Below are positions 46,804 to 61,195 of a stretch of DNA of 64,000 bases, in pieces. Source of the DNA: Centroscyllium fabricii (Eukaryota). The notes under the pieces were generated by a model that saw nothing but the letters and a program-made list of their open reading frames with translations, made no database searches and had not been told where the DNA came from. Position 1 is the first letter of the stretch. Every line of letters starts with the position of its first letter. Location: positions 176,080,001 to 176,144,000 of the forward strand of contig JBNRSN020000011.1 in NCBI GenBank assembly GCA_051313645.2, read 5' to 3'. The translations under genes and the position numbers were made by a program.

Positions 46804-47082
46804 TGCGATGAAATAACTTGTGTTCTGGCCTTTGTATTGCTTGTTTGTACTTAGTAATATTCTGGAATTGTCATTCTGGAATTGTCTGCAGGTGTAACCA
46901 CTGATGCTGCACCCTAGCCCCGCCCTCTTTGATTCCCCGGATGGGTGTGAGTCTTGCTCATAAGGGCTGGGTCGGTGATGAATGAAGGTTGCTCTGTTAA
47001 CTTGATGCCATGTTCTAACTTAATACAAGCCTTTAGTTTTAAGTTTAAACCTCTCGAATCCGGGTAGTCATTCAGCACATCA
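46804..47082 (+). mobile_element. Solo LTR
   Basis: TGCGATGAAAT...GCACATCA ends with TSD ACGTG. Confidence 0.8.
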
Positions 47083-48654
47083 ACGTGCGATCATCCTTTT
47101 TAACAGCAAGGGTTTTACATAATTGGCGTGTGTTAAAATGTTGCAAACAGACCATTGCTAATTGCAATAACTGCACTGGAACGCAGTCTTGTGCTCTAAT
47201 CCCATGATACAACTGAGTGATGGATTATCCCCCCCCCCCCCCCCCCCCCACCACCACTGATTTAATGTTATGTATATTGTACACGCTCGTTGCTTAGCAT
47301 CCATTTGAGGAAAACCATCTTTTAAATGAGGCAAATGTTATGAAAATATAATTGGGAAGTTGAGACAGAGGAAAAGTGGAGTATTTCCTGCACTAGTGTG
47401 TTACTCATCCAGAATAAACACAGCCCAGTCACCCGAGCAGCAAATGATGGTGTTTAATGCTTGGTTGAGTTATGAATTTATTTAATGAGATATGCTTATT
47501 TTACCCAGAAACTGTCACGCGTGTCAACTGTTGTGCGGGACCATATGTGACCTTTTTTAAAATAAACACAGACACACATTGTGGGAAAGTAAAAAGTTCT
47601 GCGTAAGCCGTACAATTTGATCGGGTTGAAGTTAAAAGCCGATGTTTCCTCCTGTCTAAACCTCCTAGCATTTAAACCCAAGATTAAGGTTGCCTTCACA
47701 CGTGGGCTGTATCGTTGGGGTGAAAAGGTTTTGCTTCATTTCTGCTGGACAAGCGTATCGAGGGAGCTAAAGCAGGGGAATGAAGTGGGGGAACCGAACA
47801 GCCGTGATCTGATTGAATGGCCGGACAGGCTCGAGTTGCTGAATGGCCTCCTCCTGTTCCTAATGTCTACGCTGACTTGCATTTATATAGCACCTTTCAT
47901 GAACTCCGGACGTCTCAAAGCGGTTTACAGCCAACTAATTACTTTGAAGTCTAACCACTGTTGTAAAGAAGGAAACGCGGCAGCCAATTTGCACACCGCA
48001 ATGTGACCTGTTCTTTCGTGATGTTGGCTGTGGGCTAAATATTGGCCGGGATACCATCTTCACCCAACTGAGCGCAGGCAGGGCCCCGGTTTGACATTTC
48101 ATTCAAAAGACCGCGCTCCCTCAGTACTGCACTGGCGTGTTGGCCTAGATTTTGTGTTCGTCTATGGAGTGGGACTTGAACCCCCAACCTTCTGACTCCG
48201 AGGCAAGACTGCTACCCACTGAGCCGCAGCTGAACTCTTGGATCCAGTGCTTGTTTGACTGCTGATGGCAGTGGAGATGAGAGCCATGAGGCTAATTGCC
48301 AGTGTCAGGGGTCTGAGTAATTAGCAAAGACAACAGAAACTTGTGCTTTTCAGCCTGGATAAGAGAGATGTGAGAGGTGATCTTGAGGTTGTAAGATTTT
48401 TAAAGGTATAGAGAAAGTCAACCTGGAATAGTCCTTTTAAACTGAAGTGTGGGAGTAGAACTAGGACTTTGGTTCAATTCAACTCAACTTTATTGACATT
48501 GCACAGCACAACGAAAAGTGAGCTCGCGAGCTCCCAAGACACGGCACAGTCTGTCATCAAGTGCAACACTGGAATGCAACAATGGCGCAAGTTGTCACTG
48601 TGGAAACAATGCAAGTGTAAACAGTGGAGGCGCACACACACTGCACAGCTCCTG

Positions 48655-49415
48655 AGAGTCATAGAGTCATAGAGTAATACAGCACAGAAAGAGGCCCTTC
48701 GGCCCATTGCGTCCGTGCCGCCCATCAAGCCCTGTCTATACTACTCCCAGTTTCCTGCATTTGGTCCGTAGCCTTGTGTGCTATGGCATTTCAAGTGCTC
48801 ATCTAAATGATTCTTGAATGTTGTGAGGGTTCCCGCCTCTACCACCCTCTCAGGCAGTGAGTTCCAGACTCCAACCACCCTCTGGGTGAAAAAGTTCTTC
48901 CTCACATCCCCACGATATCTCCTGCCCCTTACCCTGAAACTATTCTCTCTGGTTATTGACCCCTCTACCAAGGGAAAAAGTTCCACTCCATCCACCCTAT
49001 CTATGCCCCTCATAATGTTGTACACCTCAATCAGGTCCCCCCTCAGCCTCCTCTGCTCCAAGGAAAACAACCCCAGCCTGTCCAGTCTCTTCATAGCTGA
49101 AGCGCTCCAGCCCAGGTAACATCCTGGTGAATCTCCTCTGCACCCTCTCCAAAGCTATTACCTCCTTCCTATAGTGTGGTGACCAGAACTGCACACACTA
49201 CTCCAGCTGTGGCCTTACCAACGTTTTGTACAGCTCCATCATAACCTCCCTGCTCTTGCCTTCATTAGCTGAGGCATAGAATGTAAGTATCCCATATGCC
49301 TTTTTAACCACCTTATCCACCTGTCCTGCTGCCTTCAGGGACCTATGTACCTGCACACCAAGGTCCCTCTGATCCTCTGTCTTCCCTAGCGTCCTACCAT
49401 TCATGGTGTATTCCC
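48655..49415 (-). mobile_element. CR1 subfamily with (TGACTCTA)n tail
   Basis: QRDLGVQVHRSLK...LVRPQLE and LFSLEQRRLRGDLIEVY. Related plus-strand pieces are at about 55845-56100 and 56420-57070. Confidence 0.88.
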
Positions 49416-49904
49416 ACAAGTCAAGGCGACTGCAGCCGGGGCAGCATGGGGCACTGACCCAGGCAAGCACAAAGTCTACAGAGTTATCAAGTGCAAGGTG
49501 CAAATAGTCATGCAAAGAGCTAGTAATCGGTAGCATGAAGACTGATCCCAACAGTTAATTTTTTCTTCACTGTGATCAACATGTGGGATAAGCTTCCAGA
49601 TAAGACTATTGGAGATAGAAAGCCTGGAATTGTTTAAGAAACAATTAGATGCTACAGTGGGAGGAGGGAGGTGGGGGTTGGGTGCGGTTGCAAACATTAT
49701 CTGGGCCGAATGGCCTTCCTTCCTCCATACTTGGATCCTGTGCATTTGCTGCCCAGGCTAAGGATAGATTCAGTTTATTTGTTTACAACTTTTTAGGAAA
49801 CGTTATTCAAACGTTTCCTATCACCCCATAGCAACGCCGGTGAATCATTTTGTCTCTGATGACTTGTCATTTCTTTTCAAAACTGCAAAAGGAGAATTAG
49901 ATAT

Positions 49905-50412
49905 TGTTAAGTCCTTAACTTCTAAGGCAGTGGTCCCCAACCGCCGGTCCGCGACCCGATTCCGGTCCGCGGGACATTCTTACCGGGCCGCGGAAGGGTC
50001 TGTGCCTCGGCGCATGCGCAGATCATTCGCCGACGGAAGACATTGAACGAGGCACAGACGGAAGACACCCCGCCCCCGGTCAGTGGAAAAATCTCCGCCA
50101 GCACAACCCCCCCCCGGTCAGTCAAAAAATCTCCGCCAGCACCCCACACCCGGTCCGCGAAAAAATTGACTAGTCCAAAATGGGCCGCGGTCCCAAAAAG
50201 GTTGGGGACCCCTGTTCTAAGGTACTTAAATAAAGACACGACTCTGGAGAGCTTCAAAAAGGATGTTTACTCTTAGTCAGCAGAGCGGGAACTGAAGTAA
50301 ATCACTCCACACCGTGCCTTATATACCCCTATGGTCAGGAGTGGTATTACCGTATCAGTGCACTTAACAAAAGTAGTTCCATGTTAACTGGTCTAAATCT
50401 ACATACACAACA
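49905..50412 (-). mobile_element. Probable solo LTR containing a hAT MITE
   Basis: Reverse complement reads TGTTGTG...TATATAA...AGTAAA...TTAACA. The TSD is imperfect. Confidence 0.6.
49928..50214. mobile_element. hAT (Charlie/Buster-type) MITE
   Basis: TIRs CAGTGGTCCCCAACC...GGTTGGGGACCCCTG and 8-bp TSD TTCTAAGG with central TA. Confidence 0.9.
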
Positions 50413-51771
50413 GAGAAAACCCGTACTTTAGAGAGAAATTTGCAGGGTTTTTGCAGGGTTATTTGAAAAGAGCAGGCGGAGTGAGACTAATTGGACAACT
50501 CTCTCAAAGAGCCAGCACGGGTGTGATGGGCCAAATGGCGGCCTCCTGGGCTGCGTGATTCTATGAATATGAGCTTAACTTTTTTTTAAAGTTTCTTTCT
50601 TGTTCAAATATAATACATTGACACAAAAGCAAAACACTGCGGATGCTGGAAATCTGAGATTAGAAACCGGGAATGCTGGAATCACTCAGCAGGTAAGGCA
50701 GTATCTGGGAAGAGAGGGAGAAACAGAGTTAACGTTTCCGGTCGGCGACCTTTCGTCGGAATGGTCATGGGCGAAAGGTCATCGACCTGAAGCTTTAACT
50801 CCATCTCTCTGACCTGCTAACGTTTCAGGTCGATGGTCATTCTGATGAAAGGTCGTCGACCGGAAATGTTAACTCTGTTTCTCTCTCTCTTTTCCCAGAT
50901 ACTGCCTGACCTGCTGAGTATTTTCAGTTTCTAATAGACGTAGAGTCATCCGGACCAGAGACAGCTTTGTCTTGTAAGGAAATTCCTTCTTTTTTTTTCT
51001 TTTTTTTAAAAAACATTCTGTGTGTTTTGCAGCATTTGACCCCTTGTGACTGTGCCTCATTGATCTCAGACTGATGTGTTAAAATATGTTCATAATGCCT
51101 TTGTGTGCTCTGTCTATCTCTACTAAGGTGAGATGTGGGAGATCAGATTTCTCTCTTCCTCCCATATGTGCGTTCTTTAAGTCAGCTTCTCTTTCACCTG
51201 AGGAAGGGGCAGAAGCTCCGAAAGCTTGTGATTTAAAATAAAACTGTTGGACTATAACCTGGTGTTGTGTGACTTCTTGCATTTTCCCAGATACTGCCTG
51301 ACCTGAGTATTTCCAGCATTTTCTGTATAATACATTGATGCTTTGCCCCATTGCAAGCAGGATTATACCTTTTCTGAAAGCTAATTAAAGCCCCTGCACC
51401 TGATGGTCTACATCCTAGGGTTTTGAAAGAGATGGCTATAGAGATAGTGGATGCACTGGTTGTCATTTTCCAAAATTCCATAGATTCTAGAACAGTTCCT
51501 GCGGATTGGGAGGAAGCAAATGTTACCCCACTATTTAAGAAAGGAGGGAGAGAGTAAACGGAACTACAGACCAGTTAGTCTGACACTAGCAGTAGGGAAA
51601 ATGCTCTAATCTATTATTAAGGATGTGGTAACCAAGCACTTAGAAAATAATAATAGGATTGGGTAGAGTCAGCATGGATTTATGAGAGGGAAATCGTGTT
51701 TGACAAATCTGTTCGTTTTTTGAGGTTGTAACTAACAGAATAGATAAGGGGGAACCAGTAGATGTGGTGTA

Positions 51772-52120
51772 CAGGAAACTCTTTGGTATCGGGCACCGAC
51801 AGGACCGGCGTGTTGCCGGTTGATCAAAAATTCCGGAAGACGGAGAGGGTTATCTACCGAGGCTATTTTGAACAAAGAAAAATTTAAAAATCAAGAAATG
51901 TGCAGTATACAGTAATTGGGTACTCGCCTACAGAATGTTGTGTTAAATGGATGTGGATTGTGGCAGTTTGGAGAACTACCCCCACTGATCAACTCGGCCA
52001 CCACAGGAGACTCGGACTCAGCAACATTGCCGGTTATTGAGGTGGTGTTTTCGGATGAGAATTTTTCCGGTTAATAGAGAATTCTGGATATTTAGGTGTC
52101 GGTTAAACAAGAGTTTCCTG
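51772..52120. mobile_element. Tc1/mariner (pogo/Tigger-like) MITE in CR1
   Basis: TIRs CAGGAAACTCTT...AAGAGTTTCCTG inserted at the TA of the DVV-Y-LDF codons. The right TA reads TG. Confidence 0.78.
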
Positions 52121-53048
52121 TGTTTGGATTTTCAGAAGAATTTCAAGAAAATGAGGGCTCATGGGATTGGTGGTAATATACTAGCATGGATTGAGGATTG
52201 GTTAACAGACAGAAAACAGTAGGAATAAATGGGTCATTTTTGGGTTGGCAGGCTGTAACTAGTGGGGTACCGCAAGGATCAGTGCTTGGGCCTCAGCTAT
52301 TCACAATCTATATCGATGATTTGGATGAGGGGACCAAATGTAATATATCCAAGTTTGCTGATGATACAAAGCTGGGTGGGAATGTAAGTTGTGAGGAGGA
52401 TGCAAAGAGGCTTCAAGGGGATATAGACAGGCTAAGTGAGTGGGCAAGAACATGGCAAATGGAATATAATGTGGAGAAATGTGAAGTTATCAACTTTGGT
52501 AGGAAAACTAGAAAAGCAGAGTATTTTTTAAATGGTGGGAGATTGGGAAATGTTGGTGTTCAGAGGGACCTGGGTGTCCTTGTACACGAATCACTGAAAG
52601 TTAACATACAGGTACAGCAAGCAATTAGGAAAGCAAATGGTATGTTGGCCTTTATTTCAAGAGGATTTGAGTATAAGAGTAAAGATGTCTTACCGCAATT
52701 GTACAAGGCCCTGGTGAGACCACACCTGGAGTATTGTGTACAGTTTTGGTCTCCTTACCTAAGGAAGGATATACTTGCCATAGAGGGAGTGCAACGAAGG
52801 TTCTCCAGACTGGTTCCTGCGATGGAGGGAGTGTCCTATGAGGAGAGATTGAGTAGACTAGACCGATATTCTCTAGAGTTTAGAAGAATGAGAGGTGTTC
52901 TCATTGAAACATACAACATTCTTACAGGGCTTGACTGGGTAGATCCAGGGAGGATGTTTCCTCCTGGCTGGGGAGTCTAGAACCAGGGGTCACAGTCTCA
53001 GAATAAGGGGTCGGCCATTTAGGACTGAGATGAGGAGAACTTTCTTCA

Positions 53049-53834
53049 AGGCCCTGTCACACCTTGACGTTTTAGCCAGCGTATGCAAATTTGGCTAAAA
53101 CGCTGAACTATCGATGTTTTTTTCAGTTTTGGGCGTATAGTAGCATATTCATAACGAGTTGGACGTATGCATAACGTATGCATAACGTATTAGTAACGTA
53201 CACAGAACGTTTCGATAAGTTACAGATAACTTATACCAACGAATGCTTAGCGTGTTGTCGGCGTTCACAACTTATGCCCAACGATAGTCTAACGTATGCA
53301 TAGCGCGCAGCAGTGTATCGCCGACGTTTTAGATAAATTTTGATACGTCGGCATACGCTAGCTAAATCGTCAAGGTGTGACAGGGCATGACAGGGGCATA
53401 AGTTCTGTGGTCGTCCGGAAGACGTCAAATACGTCAATATGCGTTGGAGATACGTTACACATAGGTTCAAAGCACGTTACTCATAGGTTAGAAATAAGTT
53501 CCGGGTACGCTAGACATTATCTCGACGTATTTTGACTTATGACTAACTTACAAGTAACGTGTGTCGACGTGTGTGAACGATCGCCTAACGTGCTTACAAC
53601 GTATGGCCAGCGTATGCGGAATGTGTGAATCATACGCAGGATACGTCGAGATTTTTTGTGCATGCTCAAAAATTCTCGACTTACTCGAAGTACAACGACG
53701 TATGCAACTTATGGCCAGCGTATGCCAGCGTGCTCTTAACGTATGCAAAACGTACCCATAACGTATCCGACGTAAACCAGCGTTTTAGCCAAATTTGCAT
53801 ACGCTGGCTAAAACGTCAAGGTGTGACAGCCCCT
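53049..53834 (-). mobile_element. Harbinger-type MITE, copy 3
   Basis: Reverse complement of copy 2, with TSD TCA, inserted in the CR1 at the RTFF|TQR-like codons. Confidence 0.9.
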
Positions 53835-54687
53835 TCACATAGAGGCTGGTAAATCTTTGGAATTCCTGACCCCAGAGGGCTGTGGGGGCTCAGTCATTGG
53901 GTATATTGAAGACAGAGATCAATAGATTTTTGAATATTAAGGGAATCAAGGGATATGCGAATAGTTCAGGAAAGTGGAGATGAGGTAGAAGATCAGCCAT
54001 GATCTTATTGAACGGCGGAGCGGGCTCAAAGAGCCAAAAGGCCGACTCCTGCTCCTATTTCTTATGTTCTTAAAGCTTTAATATTCATTTAAGGGTTCAA
54101 TTAATTTTTTTCATTCAACAGTTTAGCCTCAGTTGACAAACTCGATCTTGTCGACTCCTGGCTTGAATCAAACTGTTCGCCTAATTGCAATGTTGTCAGA
54201 TATTAATTGTTAAGGGAATGTCTCTAAATCCCACACTCTCAACTGATGTGAAACGTTGTGTAAAGGATTAGCATTGGCGATGATGGGGATCAAACATTAA
54301 ATGTGTTTTGTGTGACCTCATTTTGGCTGCTCTTTTAATGGAGATGTTAATCAGTTTGTTTAAAATAGCAAACAATAATGTCCCATTAATGCGCTATTAT
54401 CTCAAACAGTATTTTCCAGACACACAAACAGAAAATGTTGAAAACACCCAGCAGTTTAGGCAGCATCTGTGGAGAAAGCGACACAGACAAGAGCTGGTGT
54501 TTCAGGTCAATGACCTTTCAGCCAAACGGTTTCACACTCATTACAGCAGTGACAACACGTCAAAGTTACTTTTTGGCTGTAAAGCACTTTGAGGGCATGA
54601 AAGACGCTGCATAAATGCAAGCCTTCCTTCCTTTAAATGTTTGTAATATTGGAGCTGCTTGTTTTTATTTGGTAGATTAATCTGCGA

Positions 54688-55270
54688 AACATAGAAACAT
54701 AGAAGATAGGAGCAGGAGTCGGCCATTCGGCCCCTTAAGCCTGCTCCACCATTCAATTAGATCATGACTGATCTTTCAGATTCAGTCCCCTGTCCCTGCC
54801 CTGTCCCCATATTCCTTGATCCCTTTAGCTCTAAGGAATATATCTAACAACTCCTTGAGGCCAATTCATTAAATATATTCGACTGCCTTCTGGTAGAGAA
54901 TTACACAGATTCACCACTCCCTGGGTGAAGAAATTCCTCCTCATCTCTGTCCTAAATGGTTTACCGCTTATCCTTAGACTGTGACCCCTGGTTGTGGACT
55001 CTCCCGCCATTGGGAACATTCTTCCTGCATCTAGTCTGTCCAGTCCTGTCAAAGTTTTATAAGTTTCAATGAGATCCCCTCTCATAACTCCAGCGAGTAT
55101 AAGCCCAATCGACACAATCTCTCCTCATAAGTCATTCCTGCCATCCCAGGTATCAGTCTAGTGAATCTTCGCTGCACTCCTTCCATGGCAAGAACATCCT
55201 TCCTCCGAGATAAGGCGACCAAAACTGCACACAGTACTCAAGGTGCGGTCTCACCAAGGCCCTGTACAAG
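54688..55270 (-). mobile_element. CR1 3' fragment
   Basis: MRGDLIETYK...RRNFFTQ with an internal rearrangement and the standard tail. Confidence 0.85.
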
Positions 55271-56588
55271 TGCAAGCAGTCCGAGGCCTGTAATTCCCGT
55301 TTTGCTGGACTATACAGTGTGCATGGTACCGAAGCTATTTATTTTTGTGGGCAGCTTTTTCTGTCTGCCAATTTCTCCCCCCCCCCCCCCCCCCTCCCCC
55401 TTCCCCTGCTGTGTTTTGACGGCATTAACTCTCTGAAGAAGCCTGGCTCTAGGATCACCCTCTTGTATGCCGCCCACGTGATCATTGCTCGCGCGTGAGC
55501 CTTGGCGGTGATTATTGGCGGGCTGTTCGAGCGTGGATGTCACGACAGTCAATCCCGATCCCATCAAAGGACATGCTCGTCCCTCTGCAAGTGGGGCAGC
55601 CATTGCGAGCCGATCCGCCCCCCCCCCCCCCCCCCAGTGCAGAGGTACATTGTAACCTCGGCAAGGCAGCCCTGCCTGTGTTCATGTAAATTAGCGCAGG
55701 TGGAGGATCATGGGTGACCGCTTCCTGAAGAGGACCAAACCTGGGCACCAGCACCCTCTTCACCCTTTAAAGCATGACTAAACTTTTGCAGTGCTCTCTG
55801 GTTAAGGCGCGGGGCTCTAATTCAGGATCTCGCACTATGGTAAGGATGTTTAGAGGGGATTTGAGGAAGAACTTTTTCACCCAGAGGGTGGTTGGAATCT
55901 GGAACTCGCTGCCTGAAAGGGTGGTGGAGGCGGGAACCCTCACAACATTGAAGAAGCATTTAGATGAGCACTTGAAACGCCATAGCGTACAAGGCTACGA
56001 ACCAAGTGTTGGAAAATGGGATTAGAATACACAGGGCTTGATGGCCGGCGCGGACGCGATGGTCCGAAGGGCCTCTTTCTGTGCTGCATGACTCTATATC
56101 GCTAACCACTCCCCTCAGAGCAATTATTTACATGCACAACCCGAAAACCCCTTCCTCCACTTTAACAGCCTAATACACCACGGGCTAAAAATTGAGTAGT
56201 GCCCCATTTGAGAAGTGCCGGGCTCTCTGAGCACTGCCAGCTCTCCGCGGGTTGGCGTGGCGTTCAGGATGCCAGGAACAGGAGCCAGCAACAAAAATGG
56301 TCGCGCCGCACCTCTCTGTTAAATTGCGCCTCCCTGGCTGTAGGTAGGCCCCCCCTGACCCAGTCGGACACAAAGCCTGGCTTTCATTTACTGTTACTGT
56401 CTTGCAGGAAGAATCAGCTGACAATGTAAATAGGGGACATTGAATAAAAAAACAAGGAACTCTGGCTAAACCTTAACAGATCACTGGTTAGGCTTCAGTT
56501 GGAGTCTTGTGTACAAGTCTGGGCACCACACTTTAGGAAGGATGTCGAGGTCTTGAGCAGGGTGCAGAGGAGGTTTACCAGGATGATA

Positions 56589-56761
56589 CAGGTTGAGCAC
56601 CGTTAATCGGTTACCCGAAAAACCGGCAACTTTGAACGTCCGGCAATAATTCCCCTGACAACCCCACGCATGCGCAAAATGGCCCCTGCAATTTATGCTT
56701 CGGTGAATGATCTGCGTAAGCGCCGCCGAACGCCTGTGCCGGATTAACGATGCTCAACCTG
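56589..56761. mobile_element. pogo/Tigger-like MITE
   Basis: TA|CAGGTTGAGCACCGTTAATC...GATTAACGATGCTCAACCTG|TA. Confidence 0.85.
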
Positions 56762-57297
56762 TACCAGGGATGAGGGAGTTCTGTGGAGAGATTGGTGAAG
56801 CTGGGATTGTTCTCCTGAAAGCAGAGACGGTTAAGGGGAGAACTAATTGAGGAACTCCAAATGATGAGGGGTTTTGATAGAACAAGTAGGGAGAAACTGT
56901 TTCCTCTGGCAAATGAGTCGGTAACCAGAGGTCTTAAATTTGAAATAATTGACAAAAGAACTAGAGGGGAAATGAGGAGAAAGTTCTTCACACAGAGGGT
57001 TGGTAAGATCAGGAACGTACTACCTGACTGGAGATGGAATCGGATTCCACAGGAACTTTCAAAAGGCAATTGAAATTTCTATGTTTCTATGACACCCTCG
57101 ACTGACTCAACCATGCCACACCCTGACCATGCCGCACTCTTGTTGCCCATCAAGAGGAGACAAGTGCCAGGTGAAAATGCCATCCGGGCTAGCTCTCCAA
57201 ATGGCTTAGTGCGTTTAAGGCCTGTGGTTTGATCCTCGGTCTTGGCTGGTCTTGGGATGTGACAGTTGATCTCAAGACAGCTTAGTAAGAAAGACAA

Positions 57298-57955
57298 CTT
57301 TCAAGGAGCTTTCGATAGGGTCCCGCATGGGAAATTGGTGTGTGGCGTTGGGGCACGTCGGATTGAGGGTAAGGTACTGACTTGGATAGAGAACTGGTTG
57401 GCAGACAGAAAGCAAAGAGTTGGAATAAACGGCTCTTTTTCCAAGTGGCAGGCAGTGACTAGTGGGGTACCGCAGGGATCGGTCCTTGGACCCCAGCTAT
57501 TCACAATATATAATGAGCCAGACGAGGGAACTAGGATGTAATATTTGCAAATGAGACAAAGCTGGGTGGGCGTGTGTGCTGTGAGGAGTATGTTGAGAAA
57601 CTCCAGTATGATTTGGCCAGGTTGGGTGATTGGGCAGATGCATGGCAGATGCAGTTTCATGTGGACAAATGTGAGGTTATCCACTTTGGTGTCAAAAACA
57701 GGAAGGCAGATGAGGAATTTCTTCACCCAGAGAGTGGTGAACCTGTGGAATTCTCTACCACAGAAGGCCGTAGAAGCCAATTCATTAAAAATATTCAAGA
57801 AGGAGTTGGATATATTCCTTAATGCTAAAGGGATATGGGGAGAAGGCAGGGACAGGGTACTGAGCTTTGATGGTCAACCATGATCGCATTGAATGGCGGA
57901 GCAGGCTCGAGGGGCCGAATGGCCGACTTCTGCTCCTATCTTCTATGTTTCTATT
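57298..57955 (+). mobile_element. CR1 fragment with an internal deletion
   Basis: AFDRVPH...[10 protein letters not shown]...KNRKAD joins directly to RNFFTQRVV at about 57710. Confidence 0.88.
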
Positions 57956-59956
57956 CCACAATTGGGTGGTGGGGCATTATGGCTGCATCCGATTTTATTC
58001 CAGTTTGCTTGACAAATTCTGCAACTTGGGCCCTAAGCGTTAATTTATTCTGAAATATAATTCAGAGTTTCACTAAAGAAGCTCTGACGTTACCATAGTA
58101 ATTAATTTTGCATTTAAGCATGAATCTAATTTACATTTAAACATAAGTTTAAATCTGCTAAACTGGAAAATTTAATTTATGACAATTATAATTTGGATAA
58201 ATAACATAATGCTTACCCTTGCAAGGGCTTTTAGAAAAAAATAATATTGAGAATTATTTTATTACATTCACTGCACACAAAGTTAATGTGTTCTGCTTGA
58301 GTGGAAGACAAATAAGAGTTTTGAAAAATAGGCTAATGATTAGTGCTGCTGCATTATTTATTCAAAGCTGTTCTTCATCGAAGACTTCGAAATAAATCAT
58401 TCAAAATAATTAGAAATGTAAGTCTAGCAGTTCTTGGGTACTATCCCAGCTAACATGGCTCTATTTTGGGCGCTCGCGATGACTCTGTTGGTGAAGTCGG
58501 TCTGCAACTGACCTCTGAAGGCACAGGAGGTCACCGCAAGAAAGACTTGCATTTAGACAGCGCCTTTCACGACCTCCAGACGTCCCAGAGCGCTTTACAG
58601 CCAACTAAGTACTTTTTGAAATCTAGTCACTGTTGTAATGTAGGATACGCGGCAGCCAATTGTGCACAGCAAGCTCCCACAAACAGCAATGTGATGATGC
58701 CCAGATCATCTGTTTCTGTTATGTCGATTTTGAAGGACAAATACTGGCTAGGACACCGGGGATAGTCATATAGTCTATGGGTGCGATATTTGCAGTGTAG
58801 TGCCAGCCCGTTAGCGCGCTGCACAATTAGCGCTAGCGCTCGCGCCCAACGCGAAATTCAGTCGAGCGCTACGTTGGGGGCTAACTGGTAGCGCCCCAAC
58901 AAATTTTGCGCCCAGCTGCCCGACGTGAATGTCATTATCGCATCGCACAGCGCCTGGGAGGTACCCGCAACTGAAATTGGGCAGCGTCCGCTGAATTATC
59001 GCTGGGCGCTGCCCGCGCCAGCTTATTCGAGCTGTAACAGCAGCAGGGCAGCGCTGCTTAAAGGGGAGTGCGGCAGTCGGCCATTTTTATTGCTGGCCGA
59101 CTGCCAACACCTTCCCCCGCTGCTCCCCCGGCGGGGTCAGGCCTCCAGTAACTGAGCCCCACACTTCCCTCCAGTGCCGGGCTCCTTCTGGCGATTCTCG
59201 TCCCGCGGCGGCGGCTGCAGCCGTGCTAGGCCCCTCCCCTTTGATCGGGGAGGACGCCCCGCAGTAACGCGGGCCGCCACTACCCGCTCCTTTTCGCAGC
59301 GACCTGCCCACGCCCCGATATTCAGCCTCATCACGCCAAGAGCGAGGGCGGGCTCTGTTTTAACGCCCGCCCTCCTACTATGGGCGATGCAGGCCAATTT
59401 TGCCGCTCGCTGGCGCTAAAAATAGCGCTGCGCCGAGGTCGGTGCCACGAAGCATCCGAAAGACGGTACCTCCGACAGTGCAGCACTCCCTCAGCACTGG
59501 CACTGGTGTGTCAGCCTAGATATTGTTTTTGTCTCCAGTCTCTGGAGTGGGACTTGAACCCATAACACTGGTGTAATTTGCCCAAACCGTCCTGGCTTAT
59601 CCGGTTGGGATAGTAGTAAGGACAATTGGCCGAGGTGTGTCTGGTTTTGGGGAAGGGAAAATTTTAGCCAGGGCTCTCTGTTACCCAGTGACCCCTGCCC
59701 CCCCCCCCTTTGCTGGAGAATGGATGTTGGATGAGAACAAGGTCAGGCTTGGTAGTGATGCCCTTTGTGGTTGATTAGCACGTTGCTCTCCAGACACTCT
59801 GCATGATGCGCGGTGGTTGCAGAGGGCACCCACGGAACTGAACTGAACCACAGCTGGAGCCACTGGTAACAAACCAGGCAGGAAAACAAGGAAGCATGTT
59901 GGGAGTAGTTTAGGCCCAGACAAGAAAACCAAAATAAACTGCGGCTAATAAAATGA

Positions 59957-60197
59957 GAAGTCACACAACACCAGGTTATAGTCCAACAGTTTTATTTTAA
60001 ATCACAAGCTTTCGGAGCATCTGCCCCTTCGTCAGGTGAAGTGTCAAGATTCATTTAAACATAGCACCTATATAGAGAGGGAGAACAATGTGGTCTCTCC
60101 AGCTGTTTCACATCACACCTCAGCAGAGAGACATCAAAGCAATCAAAGGTGTCCCTCAGCTGAGGTGTGATGTGAAACAGCTGGAGAGACCACATTG

Positions 60198-60234
<37 letters not shown>

Positions 60235-60408
60235 ATGTATGTATGTATATATCTGTGCTATGTTTAAATGAATCTCGACACTTCACCTGACGAAGGGGCA
60301 GACGCTCCGAAAGCTTGTGATTTCAAATAAAACTGTTGGACTATAACCTGGTGTTGTGTGACTTCTTACAATTGTCCACCCCAGTCCAACACCGGCACCT
60401 CCCCATCA
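59957..60408. mobile_element. Penelope-like inverted cassette, family 1, longest arms
   Basis: Arms of roughly 170-210 bp around a spacer at about 60125-60158, two CUGACGA hammerheads, and flanking duplication TAATAAAATGAG. Confidence 0.82.
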
Positions 60409-61195
60409 TAATAAAATGAGTGCAGACTGTTAAAGGCGCCACGGCAATCACTCTGAAGGCATGAACTGAAAGGTCAAGTTTGTTGTGATGAGGGTGGTTT
60501 GTCTGTTGCACTAAATTCGCATGGAAAAGTGGACGTGTGATCCGGCCTCCTCCTCAGAGTGGTTAGTGTAGGGGAGCGTGTTTTCCTATCAAAATGAGGG
60601 AGCCCACACGGAGGAAAGGTTCACCACAGGTCTTTTACTTCCAAACTTCAAATCAACACTGAACACAAAAGCCCTGTCCCTGTAAAGGATACATTAACAA
60701 TTACATTTGTGCCCAACACCCTGGTTTGACTTGCCGGAGAGTGTTGGGAGTCTGTTGGGGAGAATTATATACATGAGTATTATATACAGATATCTACAGT
60801 GGGATGTGGACCCGCCACAACAGCGCAGGAGGCCATTCGGCCCATCGAGCCCGTCCCGGCGCTCTGCAAGAACACGTCAGCTAATCCCACTCCCCCGCCC
60901 TTTCCCCGTAGCCCTGCAAATTGTTTTCTTTCAGGTACTTATCCAGTTCCCTTTTGAAAGCCATGAGTGAATCTGCCTCCACCGCCCTCTCCGTGCATTC
61001 CAGATCCTAACCACTCGTGGAGTAAAAAAAGGTTTTTCCTCATGTGGCCCTTTGGTTCTTATGCCAATCACCTTCAATCTGTGTCCTCTGGTTCTCGGCC
61101 CTTCTGCCAGTGGAAACAGAAAATGCCGAAAATACTCAGCAGGTCAGGCAGCATCTCTGGAGAGAAACCGAGTTAACGTTTCGGGTTGATGGCCC

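Larger units (their letters stand above)
51385..54070 (+). mobile_element. 5'-truncated, decayed CR1 with two MITE insertions
   Basis: KAPAPDGLHPRVLKE through [10 protein letters not shown] and FADDTK to the CR1 tail, with several stops. Confidence 0.92.

Noticed and set aside
58790-59435. GC-rich island as a possible host promoter
   Set aside because: It interrupts a Deu-SINE, so it is more likely an inserted non-autonomous element; its termini could not be defined.
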